Positions 21,378 through 31,605 of a stretch of 64,000 nt of DNA are shown piece by piece. Numbering within the stretch: the first letter of the stretch is position 1; each line of letters opens with the position of its first letter. Source of the DNA: an uncultured SAR86 cluster bacterium (lineage in GTDB: Bacteria; Pseudomonadota; Gammaproteobacteria; Magnimaribacterales; D2472); assembly GCA_902610905.1 (NCBI GenBank), contig CACLXS010000004.1, positions 22,880 to 86,879 on the forward strand, read 5' to 3'. Under the pieces are notes generated by a model, which did not search any database, was not told where the DNA came from, and worked only from the letters and a program-made list of their open reading frames with translations. The position numbers and the translations under genes were made by a program.

Positions 21378-22655
21378 ATGAATCTCACTGAAATAAAAGT
21401 TAAACCAATTAACGAATTGGTTGACATAGCATCCGAGCTTGGTCTTGAAGATGTTGGCAGACTCAAAAAACAAGAAATAATTTTTAGAATTTTCAAACAT
21501 AAAGCTTCTGAAGGTATTGATATTTATGGCGGTGGAGTTTTAGAAATACTTAACGATGGGTTTGGTTTTCTTCGTTCTCCAGAGGGTTCATATTGTGCAG
21601 GTGAAGATGATATATATGTTTCTCCAAGTCAGATAAGAAAATTTGGTCTTAGAAAAGGGGATTCTATTGCTGGTAAAATTAGAACACCAAAAGATAAAGA
21701 GAGATACTTTGCTTTAATTCAGGTAGACACTATCAATGGTGAAGAGCCTAAAAATACAAAAAATAAGATTTTATTTGAAAATTTAACACCTCTTTTCCCC
21801 AATGAAAGATTAATTCTTGAACAGGGAAGCGGCTCTAATGAAGATCTTTCATCACGAATTATTGACCTGATAGCACCAATCGGTAAAGGTCAGCGTGGAT
21901 TAATCGTTTCTCCACCTAAAGCTGGTAAGACACTAATGCTTCAGAGCATAGCTCATTCTATTAAAAGTAATAATCCAGAAGTTGAATTAATAGTATTGCT
22001 TATCGATGAGAGACCAGAAGAGGTTACAGAGATGTCAAGAACTGTTAAAGGAGAGGTTGTTGCAAGTACATTTGACGAGCACCCAAGCAGACATGTTCAA
22101 GTAGCAAACATGGTTATTGAGAAAGCTAAAAGGTTAGTTGAACATAAAAAAGATGTTGTTATTTTGTTGGACTCAATTACTAGACTTGGAAGAGCATATA
22201 ACTCAGTTCAACCAGCATCTGGAAAAATACTAAGTGGGGGTGTTGATTCAAATGCTCTAGAAAGACCAAAAAGATTCTTTGGAGCAGCAAGAAATCTAGA
22301 AGAGGCAGGCAGCCTAACTATTTTAGCAACTGCTTTAGTTGAAACTGGATCTAAAATGGATGAAGTTATTTACGAAGAATTTAAAGGTACAGGTAATATG
22401 GAGATCCATTTGGAAAGAAAAATTGCAGAAAAACGTATCTTTCCAGCAATTAATATTAGAAGATCGGGCACACGAAGAGAGGACTTGTTAACTTCAGAGG
22501 ACGAACTCCAAAGAATGTGGGTTCTTAGAAAAATCCTTGATGAAATGGAAGATGCACAATCAATACAGTTCTTAATTGACAGGCTTAAGTCACATAAAAC
22601 AAACGACGAGTTTTTTACTTCGATGAAAGCTGGAAATGGGAAAAAATCTAAATAA
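21378..22655 (+). CDS. rho: Transcription termination factor Rho
   Basis: [42 protein letters not shown]. Confidence 0.98.
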   Translation: MNLTEIKVKPINELVDIASELGLEDVGRLKKQEIIFRIFKHKASEGIDIYGGGVLEILNDGFGFLRSPEGSYCAGEDDIYVSPSQIRKFGLRKGDSIAGKIRTPKDKERYFALIQVDTINGEEPKNTKNKILFENLTPLFPNERLILEQGSGSNEDLSSRIIDLIAPIGKGQRGLIVSPPKAGKTLMLQSIAHSIKSNNPEVELIVLLIDERPEEVTEMSRTVKGEVVASTFDEHPSRHVQVANMVIEKAKRLVEHKKDVVILLDSITRLGRAYNSVQPASGKILSGGVDSNALERPKRFFGAARNLEEAGSLTILATALVETGSKMDEVIYEEFKGTGNMEIHLERKIAEKRIFPAINIRRSGTRREDLLTSEDELQRMWVLRKILDEMEDAQSIQFLIDRLKSHKTNDEFFTSMKAGNGKKSK

Positions 22656-23370
22656 TTTCTTTAGCTTTTTCTAACATATCCTCATCCATATAAGACTTTG
22701 AAACATAAATCTTATTGAGAATTTCTGTATCTTCAACTATTTTTGAAACTTCTGATTTAATCCTTTCAGATGCAAGTACAAATGATTTATTTTCAATTAA
22801 ATTCCCTACAAGGTTTTTATAAATAAATTCAAATGTTAAAAAATTATATATGAGTATTACCGCAGAGCTTTTTGGCACATCCCTAAGCTGATTTATATCA
22901 AATATTAATTTATAACATACTACTTCGTTCATATTTTCTTTAAAAGCATTTTGCAAATTCATATTTGAATTCTCTCCACAAAAAATTAAATTTTTCCCTG
23001 GAAATTTTTCTTTAATTAGATCAATAATGCCTTGAGATGATTTATTGATTGGTGTTATCGATTTAAATCCATTATCAATCAATATTTTTTTAGTAGCATC
23101 TCCTACAGAAAAAAAATTTTGTTTTGAATTGAGCATCTTGGAATTTTTATTAAACAACTCAGAACCGAATTTTGCTGAGGCTTGGCTAGTAAAAATTATA
23201 TTAGAAAATGTATGAATATTTTTTACTACCTCTTGATGTATCTGTTGTTTTTTTGTACCAGATAAAAATTCAATTTTAGACATATGAACGTGCCTACATT
23301 CAACTTTTTGATGCACAAACAGTTCAATAATTTTTTTTGATACTGCTTTTGGCCTAGTATTAATTATCAT
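22648..23370 (-). CDS. hemD: Uroporphyrinogen-III synthase (divergent)
   Basis: INTRP, IIFTS, VGDAT, VCY; follows hemC. Confidence 0.8.
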   Translation of the reverse strand: MIINTRPKAVSKKIIELFVHQKVECRHVHMSKIEFLSGTKKQQIHQEVVKNIHTFSNIIFTSQASAKFGSELFNKNSKMLNSKQNFFSVGDATKKILIDNGFKSITPINKSSQGIIDLIKEKFPGKNLIFCGENSNMNLQNAFKENMNEVVCYKLIFDINQLRDVPKSSAVILIYNFLTFEFIYKNLVGNLIENKSFVLASERIKSEVSKIVEDTEILNKIYVSKSYMDEDMLEKAKEII

Positions 23371-24275
23371 TAGGTAAGAATTAATTTATTAGCACCTAAA
23401 GATATGAATTTTTGAGACAAATCATCAATATCTTTTTGTATGGATTCAAATGAGCTGCTAATCTCTTTATATATTTGCTTGTCTCCATTTTGAGATAATA
23501 CTCTTGCAGAAATTAACACTTTATCTGAATTCTGTCTGCAATATATTGCAATTGGTGATAAGCATGAGCCATTTAATTTTCGAACAAAATCTCTTTCTGC
23601 TTCAGCAAGAATTAGATCTTTTGGTGAATTGATTATTTTTAAAATATCTAAAATTTTCTCATTTGATGTTAAACATTCCACACCTATATAACCTTGTGAG
23701 GCTGCAGGTAACATTTCTCCAAAAGAAAATTCATAGCAATTATCATTACTTATGTTTAGTCTTTCTAGTGCAGCCTTGGCAACCACTAAACCACCAATAT
23801 TTTCATGATACAGCTTGCTAATTCTCGTTGCTATATTTCCTCTAATAGGAACAATTTTAATTTCAGGAAATAAATTTTTAATTTGAGCATACCTTCTGGG
23901 ACTGGAAGTTGCTATTGTAGAATTTATAGCCAGATCTTTGATTGAACAACCATTATTAGTAAGGAGCATGTCGCCAGCGGAAGCCCTTTCTAGAACAGCT
24001 GCAATACAAAAGCTTTTATCAAGCTTTGCTGGAACATCTTTTAAACTATGAACTGCTATATCAGCTTTATCTTTTAGAAGGGCAGATTCAAGTCTATTTA
24101 TAAAAAGACCTTTACCACCAATTTGATGAAGTGGTGCGTCTGTTTCATCTCCATCTGAAGAAATTGGAACTAGTTCAACCTTTAGACCGCTATTTTGTTC
24201 AATTAGTTTTTCAGCAACCAAGTTTGCTTGAAATAATGCTAATTCTGATTTTCTAGTCGCTATTCTAATTTTCAT
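23370..24275 (-). CDS. hemC: Hydroxymethylbilane synthase
   Basis: IATRKSELA, GGKGLF, AVHSLKDVP, TSSPRR, RGNI.TR, GSC. Confidence 0.96.
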   Translation of the reverse strand: MKIRIATRKSELALFQANLVAEKLIEQNSGLKVELVPISSDGDETDAPLHQIGGKGLFINRLESALLKDKADIAVHSLKDVPAKLDKSFCIAAVLERASAGDMLLTNNGCSIKDLAINSTIATSSPRRYAQIKNLFPEIKIVPIRGNIATRISKLYHENIGGLVVAKAALERLNISNDNCYEFSFGEMLPAASQGYIGVECLTSNEKILDILKIINSPKDLILAEAERDFVRKLNGSCLSPIAIYCRQNSDKVLISARVLSQNGDKQIYKEISSSFESIQKDIDDLSQKFISLGANKLILT

Positions 24276-24825
24276 CTTTTACTAAGAGTAGTGCTTTAAC
24301 ATCTCCAACTTCCTTTTCTTTAAGAACAATAAATCCTTTTGGTATTTCAATCTCATTATACTTGCTATATTCAAGATAGATTTTGCAGAATGGCTTTAAA
24401 TCTTTCTTTTTAAACAATTGATTAAGAATCTTGGTTTCGAAATCCTTGTTAAAGGGAGGATCTAAAAAAATGATATCAACTTCCGAAAGATCATAATTTT
24501 TAAGCCAAGAAAATGCATCTTTGAAAAAAATTTTACACTTATCTCTTATGCCTAAACACTTTAAGTTTGTTAATAATGAGGAATAATTTTTCTTATTAAG
24601 TTCAACAAAAATTACTTTAGGAGAACCTCTTGAAAGAGCCTCTATACCAAGTGAGCCAGTGCCTGCAAATAAATCTAAGCAAATGCATTCATGAATTTCG
24701 AACTGAACCCAATTAAACAAAATTTCTTTAAGCTTGCTTGAAGTAGGTCTAAGAGAATCTTTAAATTCAAATGGTATTTTTTTGCCCCTAAGATTTCCTC
24801 CAGATATTCTTAAACTATTCTTCAT
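24265..24825 (-). CDS. rsmD: 16S rRNA (guanine966-N2)-methyltransferase
   Basis: LRISGG..RG, LRPT, LDLFAGTGSLGIEALSRG, FLDPPF. Confidence 0.94.
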   Translation of the reverse strand: MKNSLRISGGNLRGKKIPFEFKDSLRPTSSKLKEILFNWVQFEIHECICLDLFAGTGSLGIEALSRGSPKVIFVELNKKNYSSLLTNLKCLGIRDKCKIFFKDAFSWLKNYDLSEVDIIFLDPPFNKDFETKILNQLFKKKDLKPFCKIYLEYSKYNEIEIPKGFIVLKEKEVGDVKALLLVKDEN

Positions 24826-24889
24826 TTTTTATTAGATAAAATTATAAATAACAAGATATTTTTTTATTTAAACTAAGTATAATTCAAAC

Positions 24890-25354
24890 ATGTCTCTTCA
24901 AGATAATTTTAGAAAAGCAATGAGAAGTTATGTTTACTCTGTAAGCATTTTGTCGAATGTAAGTGAAAATAATGAATATCATGCGATTACTGTTTCATCT
25001 GTTACATCAGTTTCAATAGATCCTCCAAGCATATTGGTTTGCATAAATAAAACTGCTGGTATTCATGATTCAATAAAACTCGGAACTAAGTATTGCATTA
25101 ATCTTCTCACCAAAACTCATGAAGAACTTTCAAATATCTGCAGTAATTATGAAGAAGAAAAAAATAGATTTATATCCGATCAATGGGATCTTTCAGACAT
25201 TCCATTTTTAAAGGACGCCCAAGCAAATATCTTCTGTGAAGTTGATCAGTTAATTGAATATCACACTCATACAATTGTTATTGGAAAAGTAGTTGAATCT
25301 AAGAATTTAGATGCAATTAATACTCTTACTTATGTTGATGGATCTTATGAATAA
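24890..25354 (+). CDS. Flavin reductase-like (HpaC/RutF family) protein
   Basis: FRKAM, TVSSVTSVSIDPPSILVCIN, HTIVIG. Confidence 0.88.
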   Translation: MSLQDNFRKAMRSYVYSVSILSNVSENNEYHAITVSSVTSVSIDPPSILVCINKTAGIHDSIKLGTKYCINLLTKTHEELSNICSNYEEEKNRFISDQWDLSDIPFLKDAQANIFCEVDQLIEYHTHTIVIGKVVESKNLDAINTLTYVDGSYE

Positions 25355-25769
25355 GATTGTTATTACAGGTTTTTTATCTTTTATATTTTTCATGCAGGCT
25401 GAAGAATGCTTACCAGAGCCTAATGCTAGTGTCTATTTTATAAGCCCACAAGATAACTACATTTCGAAAAGTTCTGAAGTAAAGATAGTTTTTGGAATTA
25501 AGAATTTTGATATATTGCCAGCTGGTGTTATTGGTTGCAATTCTGGACATCATCATCTTGTTATTAATGCTGAATTACCAAACTTATCAAGGCCCATACC
25601 AAGTACAGAGAATTATATTCATTTTGGAAAGGGTCAGACAGAAACAACCATTAATTTAAAACCTGGTAAACATACTCTTCAACTTTTAGTCGGAGACTAT
25701 GCTCACATCCCTCATAAAAATCCTATTTTTTCAGAAAAGATAAATATTGAAATAATTAGCTCTGAATGA
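25347..25769 (+). CDS. DUF4399-like exported protein
   Basis: VYFISP, GHHHLVIN, IHFGKGQTE, PGKHTLQLLVGD..H; ATG at 25347 gives a signal peptide and overlaps the upstream stop. Confidence 0.75.
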   Translation: MNKIVITGFLSFIFFMQAEECLPEPNASVYFISPQDNYISKSSEVKIVFGIKNFDILPAGVIGCNSGHHHLVINAELPNLSRPIPSTENYIHFGKGQTETTINLKPGKHTLQLLVGDYAHIPHKNPIFSEKINIEIISSE

Positions 25770-26370
25770 GGCCTGTTAATACTTTATCCAAATGATCTTC
25801 TAAGTTAGTTGCTATAACACTTGCAGTTGATATAGGTCCAACACCCTCATCAAAGTCATCTCCAACTACTTGAACCTTTCTTAATATACCAACCAGCCCG
25901 TGAACCATTGACCATAAAGTAATACATTTAAAAGCTATAACTTCATCACTGTCACTGGCCAATTTAGAAAAACTTAATCTCATATTTTCATAAGTCGAGT
26001 TTGCTGATTCTAGTAATTCAGGATATTCAGCAAAGTTACCAACGGCAGTGCCAAACATAAGATCATAGGTATTAGCATTTTTAAGACCAAACTCAATATA
26101 GTTATATCCTATTTCAACAAGATGCTTTTTCGTAATTTTTTTATCTGCATCAATATGGCAAGCTTTTGAAAGTTTTTTAAAGCCTTCTGTTGCAACTGAT
26201 GCATATAATGTTTCTTTTGTTTCAAAGTGACGATAGGGTGCAGTTTGTGATACTCCGCTTTCCTTAGCTAGCGAGCGAATACTTAATTTCGTATACCCAT
26301 CTCGTTCACATAACCTACAAGCACAATTTATTAATTCTTGTTTAAGGTTTCCGTGATGATATGATTTCAT
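25756..26370 (-). CDS. TetR/AcrR family regulator (WHG-type C-terminal domain)
   Basis: YHHGNLK, HTH SIRSLAKESGVSQTAPYRHF, WSMVHG. Confidence 0.92.
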   Translation of the reverse strand: MKSYHHGNLKQELINCACRLCERDGYTKLSIRSLAKESGVSQTAPYRHFETKETLYASVATEGFKKLSKACHIDADKKITKKHLVEIGYNYIEFGLKNANTYDLMFGTAVGNFAEYPELLESANSTYENMRLSFSKLASDSDEVIAFKCITLWSMVHGLVGILRKVQVVGDDFDEGVGPISTASVIATNLEDHLDKVLTGLIQS

Positions 26371-26379
26371 TTTATTTAA

Positions 26380-26427
26380 ATGTTGACACTGCTAACATAT
26401 TAGCTATCATGTTTACACTGCTAACAT
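26380..26427. promoter_or_regulatory. Tandem 19-bp operator-like repeats overlapping a sigma70 promoter between TetR and RND genes
   Basis: ATGTTGACACTGCTAACAT (26380-26398) and ATGTTTACACTGCTAACAT (26409-26427); both have ATGTT..AACAT palindromic ends; TTGACA at 26383 and TATCAT at 26405. Confidence 0.75.
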
Positions 26428-26452
26428 TAAATTTTTTAGTTAATAAAGTCAA

Positions 26453-27439
26453 ATGATCAAATATATTATTAATAGACTAAATTTATTTTTGATATCAATA
26501 ATTTTAAGTTCCGAATTGCTCTCGCTTGAAATACTTGAAGTTAAAATGATGGACTCTTATAAGATTACAAGAGAGTTTCCTGGAAAATTATTACCTACTC
26601 AGCAATCCAATCTAGCATTTGAAATACCAGGAAAAATTAATGTTATAAATGTTGATATTGGAGATGCTGTAAAAAAGGGACAAATACTCGCAGAATTAGA
26701 TAACCGCGAAGCAACAGCTCAATTTAAACAGGCTAAAGCCAAATATGATTTAGCTAAACAAGTATTAAATAGATACACAGATCTTAGATCAGAAGGGCAT
26801 ATATCTATTCAAGATCTAGATAATGCTAATTCCGAAGAGCTTATAGCTAAATCACAATATGAGTTTTTTAAGGTAAAACTTGAGCAAACTAAACTAATAG
26901 CACCCTTTGATGGAGTTATTCAAAACAGATATCTTGATACGGGTTCCGTTATAAACGGCGGAATTCCAATTGTAGAAATTTTAGGATCTAAAAATGTGAA
27001 GGCCCATATATCTATCCCTTTAAAATTTATTGAAAAATTAAATATTGGCAATTTTTATGATTTCAAAATTGGCAACAAAAAATCTAAAGGTGTTCTTGCA
27101 AGACTTGCTCCCATGACACCAGGAGGTTCAGATAATAGGCTGGCAATTTTTAATTTTGATACATTTTTTGATCCTGGTTCAATTGCAGAATTAAAGTTAA
27201 GTTTAAATATAAAAGGAAGAGGCACATGGGTGCCCATCAAATCTTTATCTCAATCCGAACAGGGCATATGGGCAGTTTATACAGTTAATGATAAAAAAGT
27301 TGTTGTTAGAGATCTTGTAGAAATTTTATATTTTGAAGGTGAATATGCATTTGTTAATGGAACATTAAACGATGGCGATCTTGTGGTATTGGGTGGGGCT
27401 CAAAAAATTATTGAAGGTAAGTCTTTAAATATACAATGA
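26453..27439 (+). CDS. RND efflux periplasmic adaptor (MFP) subunit
   Basis: LAFEIPGKI..I.VDIGD.VKKGQILAELD lipoyl half, coiled hairpin, LIAPFDGVI. Confidence 0.92.
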   Translation: MIKYIINRLNLFLISIILSSELLSLEILEVKMMDSYKITREFPGKLLPTQQSNLAFEIPGKINVINVDIGDAVKKGQILAELDNREATAQFKQAKAKYDLAKQVLNRYTDLRSEGHISIQDLDNANSEELIAKSQYEFFKVKLEQTKLIAPFDGVIQNRYLDTGSVINGGIPIVEILGSKNVKAHISIPLKFIEKLNIGNFYDFKIGNKKSKGVLARLAPMTPGGSDNRLAIFNFDTFFDPGSIAELKLSLNIKGRGTWVPIKSLSQSEQGIWAVYTVNDKKVVVRDLVEILYFEGEYAFVNGTLNDGDLVVLGGAQKIIEGKSLNIQ

Positions 27440-30400
27440 GTTTTATAAATCTTCTTATTGAGAAACCAAGAATATTATTTCTTACCCTTTCTTTTATTCT
27501 ATTAGCCGGAATTTCTTCAGCAATTTCAATTCCCATTCAAGAGAATCCTGAGCTTGCACAGCGTTGGTCAGGAGTAAGAGTTTTTTATCCAGGCGCATCA
27601 CCAGAAAGAATTGAAACTCAAATAGTAAATGAACTTGAAATTAAGCTTAGAGAAGTAGAAGAGATTAAGGAATTAGATTCAATTATTTCTCAAGGATATG
27701 CAAGCATTACTGTTGAGTTAGAACATAGTATCCATCCAGATTTAATCGAACAAACATGGTCAATGGTCCAAGATAAATTAGCTCAGTTTATATCTCCAGA
27801 AGGGGTTGAAGTTATTCTCGACAGAAGTAGCGGACCACCAATAACCGTTCAATATGCTATATCTTGGAATGGTTCGGGCGAGGCACCAATTGTAATGATG
27901 TCAAGGTTAGGCAATCAGCTAAAAAGGAAACTTAGTTCAATTGGCGCCACTCATGCAACTGCAATTTATGGAGAAACAGATGAAGAAATTGTAGTTGAAG
28001 TAGATTCTAATAAAATTTCTTCGCTGGGTTTAACATATAGCCAGATTTCAAATGCTCTGGAGTCTTTTGACAATAAGAGAGCAGCAGGTGTCTCTTCAAA
28101 CCAAAATTCTGAGTTTTTGATTAGACTAAAAGATAACACTCAAAGTATTCAAAAAATTTCTGAAATTCCTATTAAAGTTGTCAACAACTCTGAAATTATT
28201 CAACTTCAAGATATTGCAAACATTTCAAAAAAACCATTATCACCTGTTGAAGATATTTTCTTATATAACGGAAGAGTTGTTGTCTCAGTCGCAGCACTAG
28301 GATCTATGTCACAAAGGGTTCATGATTATGTTGATCGAGCAAGATTAGTTGTAGATGAAATGCGATCCTCTTTACCAGAAGAAATCACTATTGAAGAAAT
28401 ATATAATGAATCATCATATACAACACAGAAATTTAATGAGTTAATAAAAAGTTTTTCTCTTGCTATATTTTTTGTTCTAAGTATTAGTCTATTTTTTTTG
28501 GGTTTAAGGCCTGCAATTATTGTTACTTTAATACTCCCTTTTTCAGTATGTTTGGTGATGATTGGATGTAGGGCTATTGGCTTGCCTCTTCATCAGACAT
28601 CAATAACTGGGATAATAATTGCTCTTGGTCTATTGATTGACAATGGAATTATAGTTGTTGAAGATTATAAGCACAGAAGAAACATTGGTCTTTCTATAAA
28701 GGATTCAATTAGTGAATCAGTAAAACACCTCTTAATACCTCTCACAGCTGCAACCGGAACAACAGTATTTGCATTTTTACCAATTGTTACTGGAGAGGGC
28801 CCTAGTATTGAGTTTGTTAGTGGCTTAGCTTTGACAGTTATTATGTCCATTACTTCATCTCTAGCCTTAGCAATTTTATTAGTACCAGTTTTAATGAGTT
28901 ATATGGAAAAAATTCCATATTTTAAAAATGTTGATATTCATAGTGAGGGCTATCACAACAAAAAGATTCTTGATCAATATAGAAGTTTTTTAACTTGGTC
29001 TTTCGCAGTTCCAAGAAGAGCATTATTAATTTCTATTTCTTTACCTGTCCTTGGATTTTTACTATTTACAACTTTACCAAAGGATTTTTTTCCCGCACAA
29101 GACAGAGATATGTTTAGGATTAATATTGAGTTGCCATCCAATGCGTCTGCTGAAAAGACCCTTGAGAGAGCAAAGATTATAAGAAATCAGGTTCTTGAGT
29201 CTGGCCTTGTTGAAGTTGAAAAAGATTATTGGTTTGTAGGGAGACGAATGCCAAGAGTTTTAATGAACATTGTTGGTGGTAAGGAAAAGCAAGGCTCAAA
29301 TAATGTAGCTCAGTCTGTATTTTTTGCAAAAGATTATTATCAAATGATTGATAATTTGCCTGAGCTTTCAAAACTCATTGTAGATAAAAATCCAGATATT
29401 ATTGTAATAGTAGATAGCTTTATTGCAGGCCCTCCAGTTTTTTCAGATGTTAGTTATGTAATATTTGGCGATGATCCCTATGTTCTGAAACAGCTTGGAG
29501 AAAAATTGGAACTCATCATTAATAATGCTCCTGATATAAGTCTTACAAAATCAGAAACCTCAAACATAAATACTAATATTGAGCTTGAGCTCAGCAATTC
29601 AAATATTTCTTTGTCAGGCATAAATCCAAAAAATTTAGTTAATGAATTATATGCTGCCAATAACGGTGTAATTGTTGGAACCATGCTAGATTCTAATAAA
29701 GAAATCCCAATTAGGCTAAAAGGCATTAACAAACCTGATGATATTTTAGGGTCAGCAAGTTATTTAACCATCCCTTCTCAAAATGGTTTTGAATATATAG
29801 ATAGTTTTGGTGAAAGTAGAATAACAAATAAGTCTTCAATCATTACAAGACAAGATGGTCAAAGAATCAACAGTGTTGAGGGTTGGGTTTGGACAGGGAC
29901 CTTATCATCTGCAACAGAAGAGTATATTAAAAATGATGTCGAGCAGTTCAAGAGTGAGTTGCCTCTAGGATATTCTATAAAACAATTGGGAGAAGCTGAA
30001 ACAAGAGGAGAATCGCAAGCTTCCTTATATTCATCAGCAGTTATTTATTTAATTCTGATTGTAATTGGACTGGTGCTAGCATTAAATTCTTTCAGACAGG
30101 CTGCAATAATTTTATCAGTTGCAATTTTGTCAGTTGGACTATCTTTTTTAGGTTTATTTATTGGACAACAGAACTATGGGTTTATAGGAACTGTTGCTGC
30201 TGTTGGCTTGATAGGACTTTCAATAAATGACTCAATTATAGTTTTATCACATATAAAAGAAGAGGCTGAAAAAAAATTAATATCAAAGGCTGAATTAATA
30301 GAAGTTGTTATAAGATCAACAAGACACATAATTACTACTTCTTTGACTACTCTTGGCGGGTTTGCTCCTTTAATTTTTGCAAGTGTATTTTTTAGGCCTT

Positions 30401-30498
30401 TAGCTTGGGCTATGAGCATTGGTGTATTGGGAGCAACAATGACAGCGTTACTATATATTCCTGCAATGTTTATAGTACTAAAAAAAATTAAGCATTAG
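27436..30498 (+). CDS. RND efflux permease (AcrB/AcrD/AcrF family)
   Basis: 1020 aa, YPGASPERIE, GLLIDNGIIVVE (TM4), R..HIITTSLTT. Confidence 0.93.
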   Translation: MSFINLLIEKPRILFLTLSFILLAGISSAISIPIQENPELAQRWSGVRVFYPGASPERIETQIVNELEIKLREVEEIKELDSIISQGYASITVELEHSIHPDLIEQTWSMVQDKLAQFISPEGVEVILDRSSGPPITVQYAISWNGSGEAPIVMMSRLGNQLKRKLSSIGATHATAIYGETDEEIVVEVDSNKISSLGLTYSQISNALESFDNKRAAGVSSNQNSEFLIRLKDNTQSIQKISEIPIKVVNNSEIIQLQDIANISKKPLSPVEDIFLYNGRVVVSVAALGSMSQRVHDYVDRARLVVDEMRSSLPEEITIEEIYNESSYTTQKFNELIKSFSLAIFFVLSISLFFLGLRPAIIVTLILPFSVCLVMIGCRAIGLPLHQTSITGIIIALGLLIDNGIIVVEDYKHRRNIGLSIKDSISESVKHLLIPLTAATGTTVFAFLPIVTGEGPSIEFVSGLALTVIMSITSSLALAILLVPVLMSYMEKIPYFKNVDIHSEGYHNKKILDQYRSFLTWSFAVPRRALLISISLPVLGFLLFTTLPKDFFPAQDRDMFRINIELPSNASAEKTLERAKIIRNQVLESGLVEVEKDYWFVGRRMPRVLMNIVGGKEKQGSNNVAQSVFFAKDYYQMIDNLPELSKLIVDKNPDIIVIVDSFIAGPPVFSDVSYVIFGDDPYVLKQLGEKLELIINNAPDISLTKSETSNINTNIELELSNSNISLSGINPKNLVNELYAANNGVIVGTMLDSNKEIPIRLKGINKPDDILGSASYLTIPSQNGFEYIDSFGESRITNKSSIITRQDGQRINSVEGWVWTGTLSSATEEYIKNDVEQFKSELPLGYSIKQLGEAETRGESQASLYSSAVIYLILIVIGLVLALNSFRQAAIILSVAILSVGLSFLGLFIGQQNYGFIGTVAAVGLIGLSINDSIIVLSHIKEEAEKKLISKAELIEVVIRSTRHIITTSLTTLGGFAPLIFASVFFRPLAWAMSIGVLGATMTALLYIPAMFIVLKKIKH

Positions 30499-30706
30499 CA
30501 CATTCATTAGAGCAAAAGTTTTTACCTTTTTTTTTAATTACAATCGATTCGTGTGAGTAAGTTCCACATTTATCACACGCAAACATCAAATCATCTTTAT
30601 TTGATTTTTTATTGGTGAAAAGATACTTTAAATAACCTTTGGCAATTATCGGAATTAAGAAGATTATTAATGGTATCAATAAGGGAAGGATCTTTAAAAA
30701 GATCAT
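30488..30706 (-). CDS. PP0621-like small membrane protein with Cys motifs
   Basis: N-term TM, M.ACDKCGTY...FCS.EC; next to bamD. Confidence 0.7.
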   Translation of the reverse strand: MIFLKILPLLIPLIIFLIPIIAKGYLKYLFTNKKSNKDDLMFACDKCGTYSHESIVIKKKGKNFCSNECANA

Positions 30707-31534
30707 CTATTTTGTATTTGGCTCGGGTTTAGAATTTCCAAGAAAACCCCATGACCAGTCAGACTCTTCTGATGTATTCGAAGCATTATCGGGATAGTTA
30801 AGTGCAATTATTTTGAGTATATCATCACGAAGATCTTCATAACCAAGGGCTTTATATGATTTTTCTAAAACCTTAAGAGCTCTGAAATTCTCACTCGAAT
30901 TTGGTATGTTTTCAATAACATATTTTGCTCTTCTTATAGCTGCGACATGAGCATCTATTGACTGATAATAGTCTGCAGCTGCTAATTCATTTCTTGCAAT
31001 CATATTTCTTAAATAAATATTTCTTTGTTTTGCATATGGAGCATATTGACTATCAGGAAACCTAGTCAAAAATTCAGTTAATTCTGCAAATGACTCCTTT
31101 GCTCCAGTTATATCTCTATTTGAGATATCTGTATTGGTAAATCTAATAATAAGATCCTTATCGCGAGTGTAGCTTGAAAGGCCTTTCATAAAATACGCAT
31201 AGTCAATATTTGGATGTCGAGGGTATAGCCTAATAAATTTTTCAGCTGCAGCATGTGATCCAATAGTTTGACCATTCATAAAATTTGCGTAAATTAATTC
31301 AACTTGGGCTTGTTCTGCGTATCTGCCAAAAGGATATTTTGATTCAATGGCTTCGAGAGATTCTATAGCACCAATGTAATTCTGATTTAACATTCTCTTT
31401 TGAGCTAAATCATAATAAATTTTTTCAGGCTGCTCTATTTCAGGACCGTCAGAGTTACAACTAACAATTAATGTGGATACAATAAGAGTACAAATTAATT
31501 TTTGAACATTTTGACTATATTTCATTATCTGCAT
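30707..31534 (-). CDS. bamD: Outer membrane protein assembly lipoprotein BamD
   Basis: Lipobox IVSC, YPFGRYAEQAQ, HPNIDYAYFMKG, FPDSQYA; divergent from rluD. Confidence 0.94.
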   Translation of the reverse strand: MQIMKYSQNVQKLICTLIVSTLIVSCNSDGPEIEQPEKIYYDLAQKRMLNQNYIGAIESLEAIESKYPFGRYAEQAQVELIYANFMNGQTIGSHAAAEKFIRLYPRHPNIDYAYFMKGLSSYTRDKDLIIRFTNTDISNRDITGAKESFAELTEFLTRFPDSQYAPYAKQRNIYLRNMIARNELAAADYYQSIDAHVAAIRRAKYVIENIPNSSENFRALKVLEKSYKALGYEDLRDDILKIIALNYPDNASNTSEESDWSWGFLGNSKPEPNTK

Positions 31535-31605
31535 ATTTTACCTGCATAATTGTAATTTAAGTTTTAAAACATGTATTTAGATAAGTTTTTTTTTTGTAAG
31601 TTCAT

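Noticed and set aside
26380-26427. Direct repeats as a mini-CRISPR
   Set aside because: Only two copies with a 10-bp gap and no cas genes; better explained as operators
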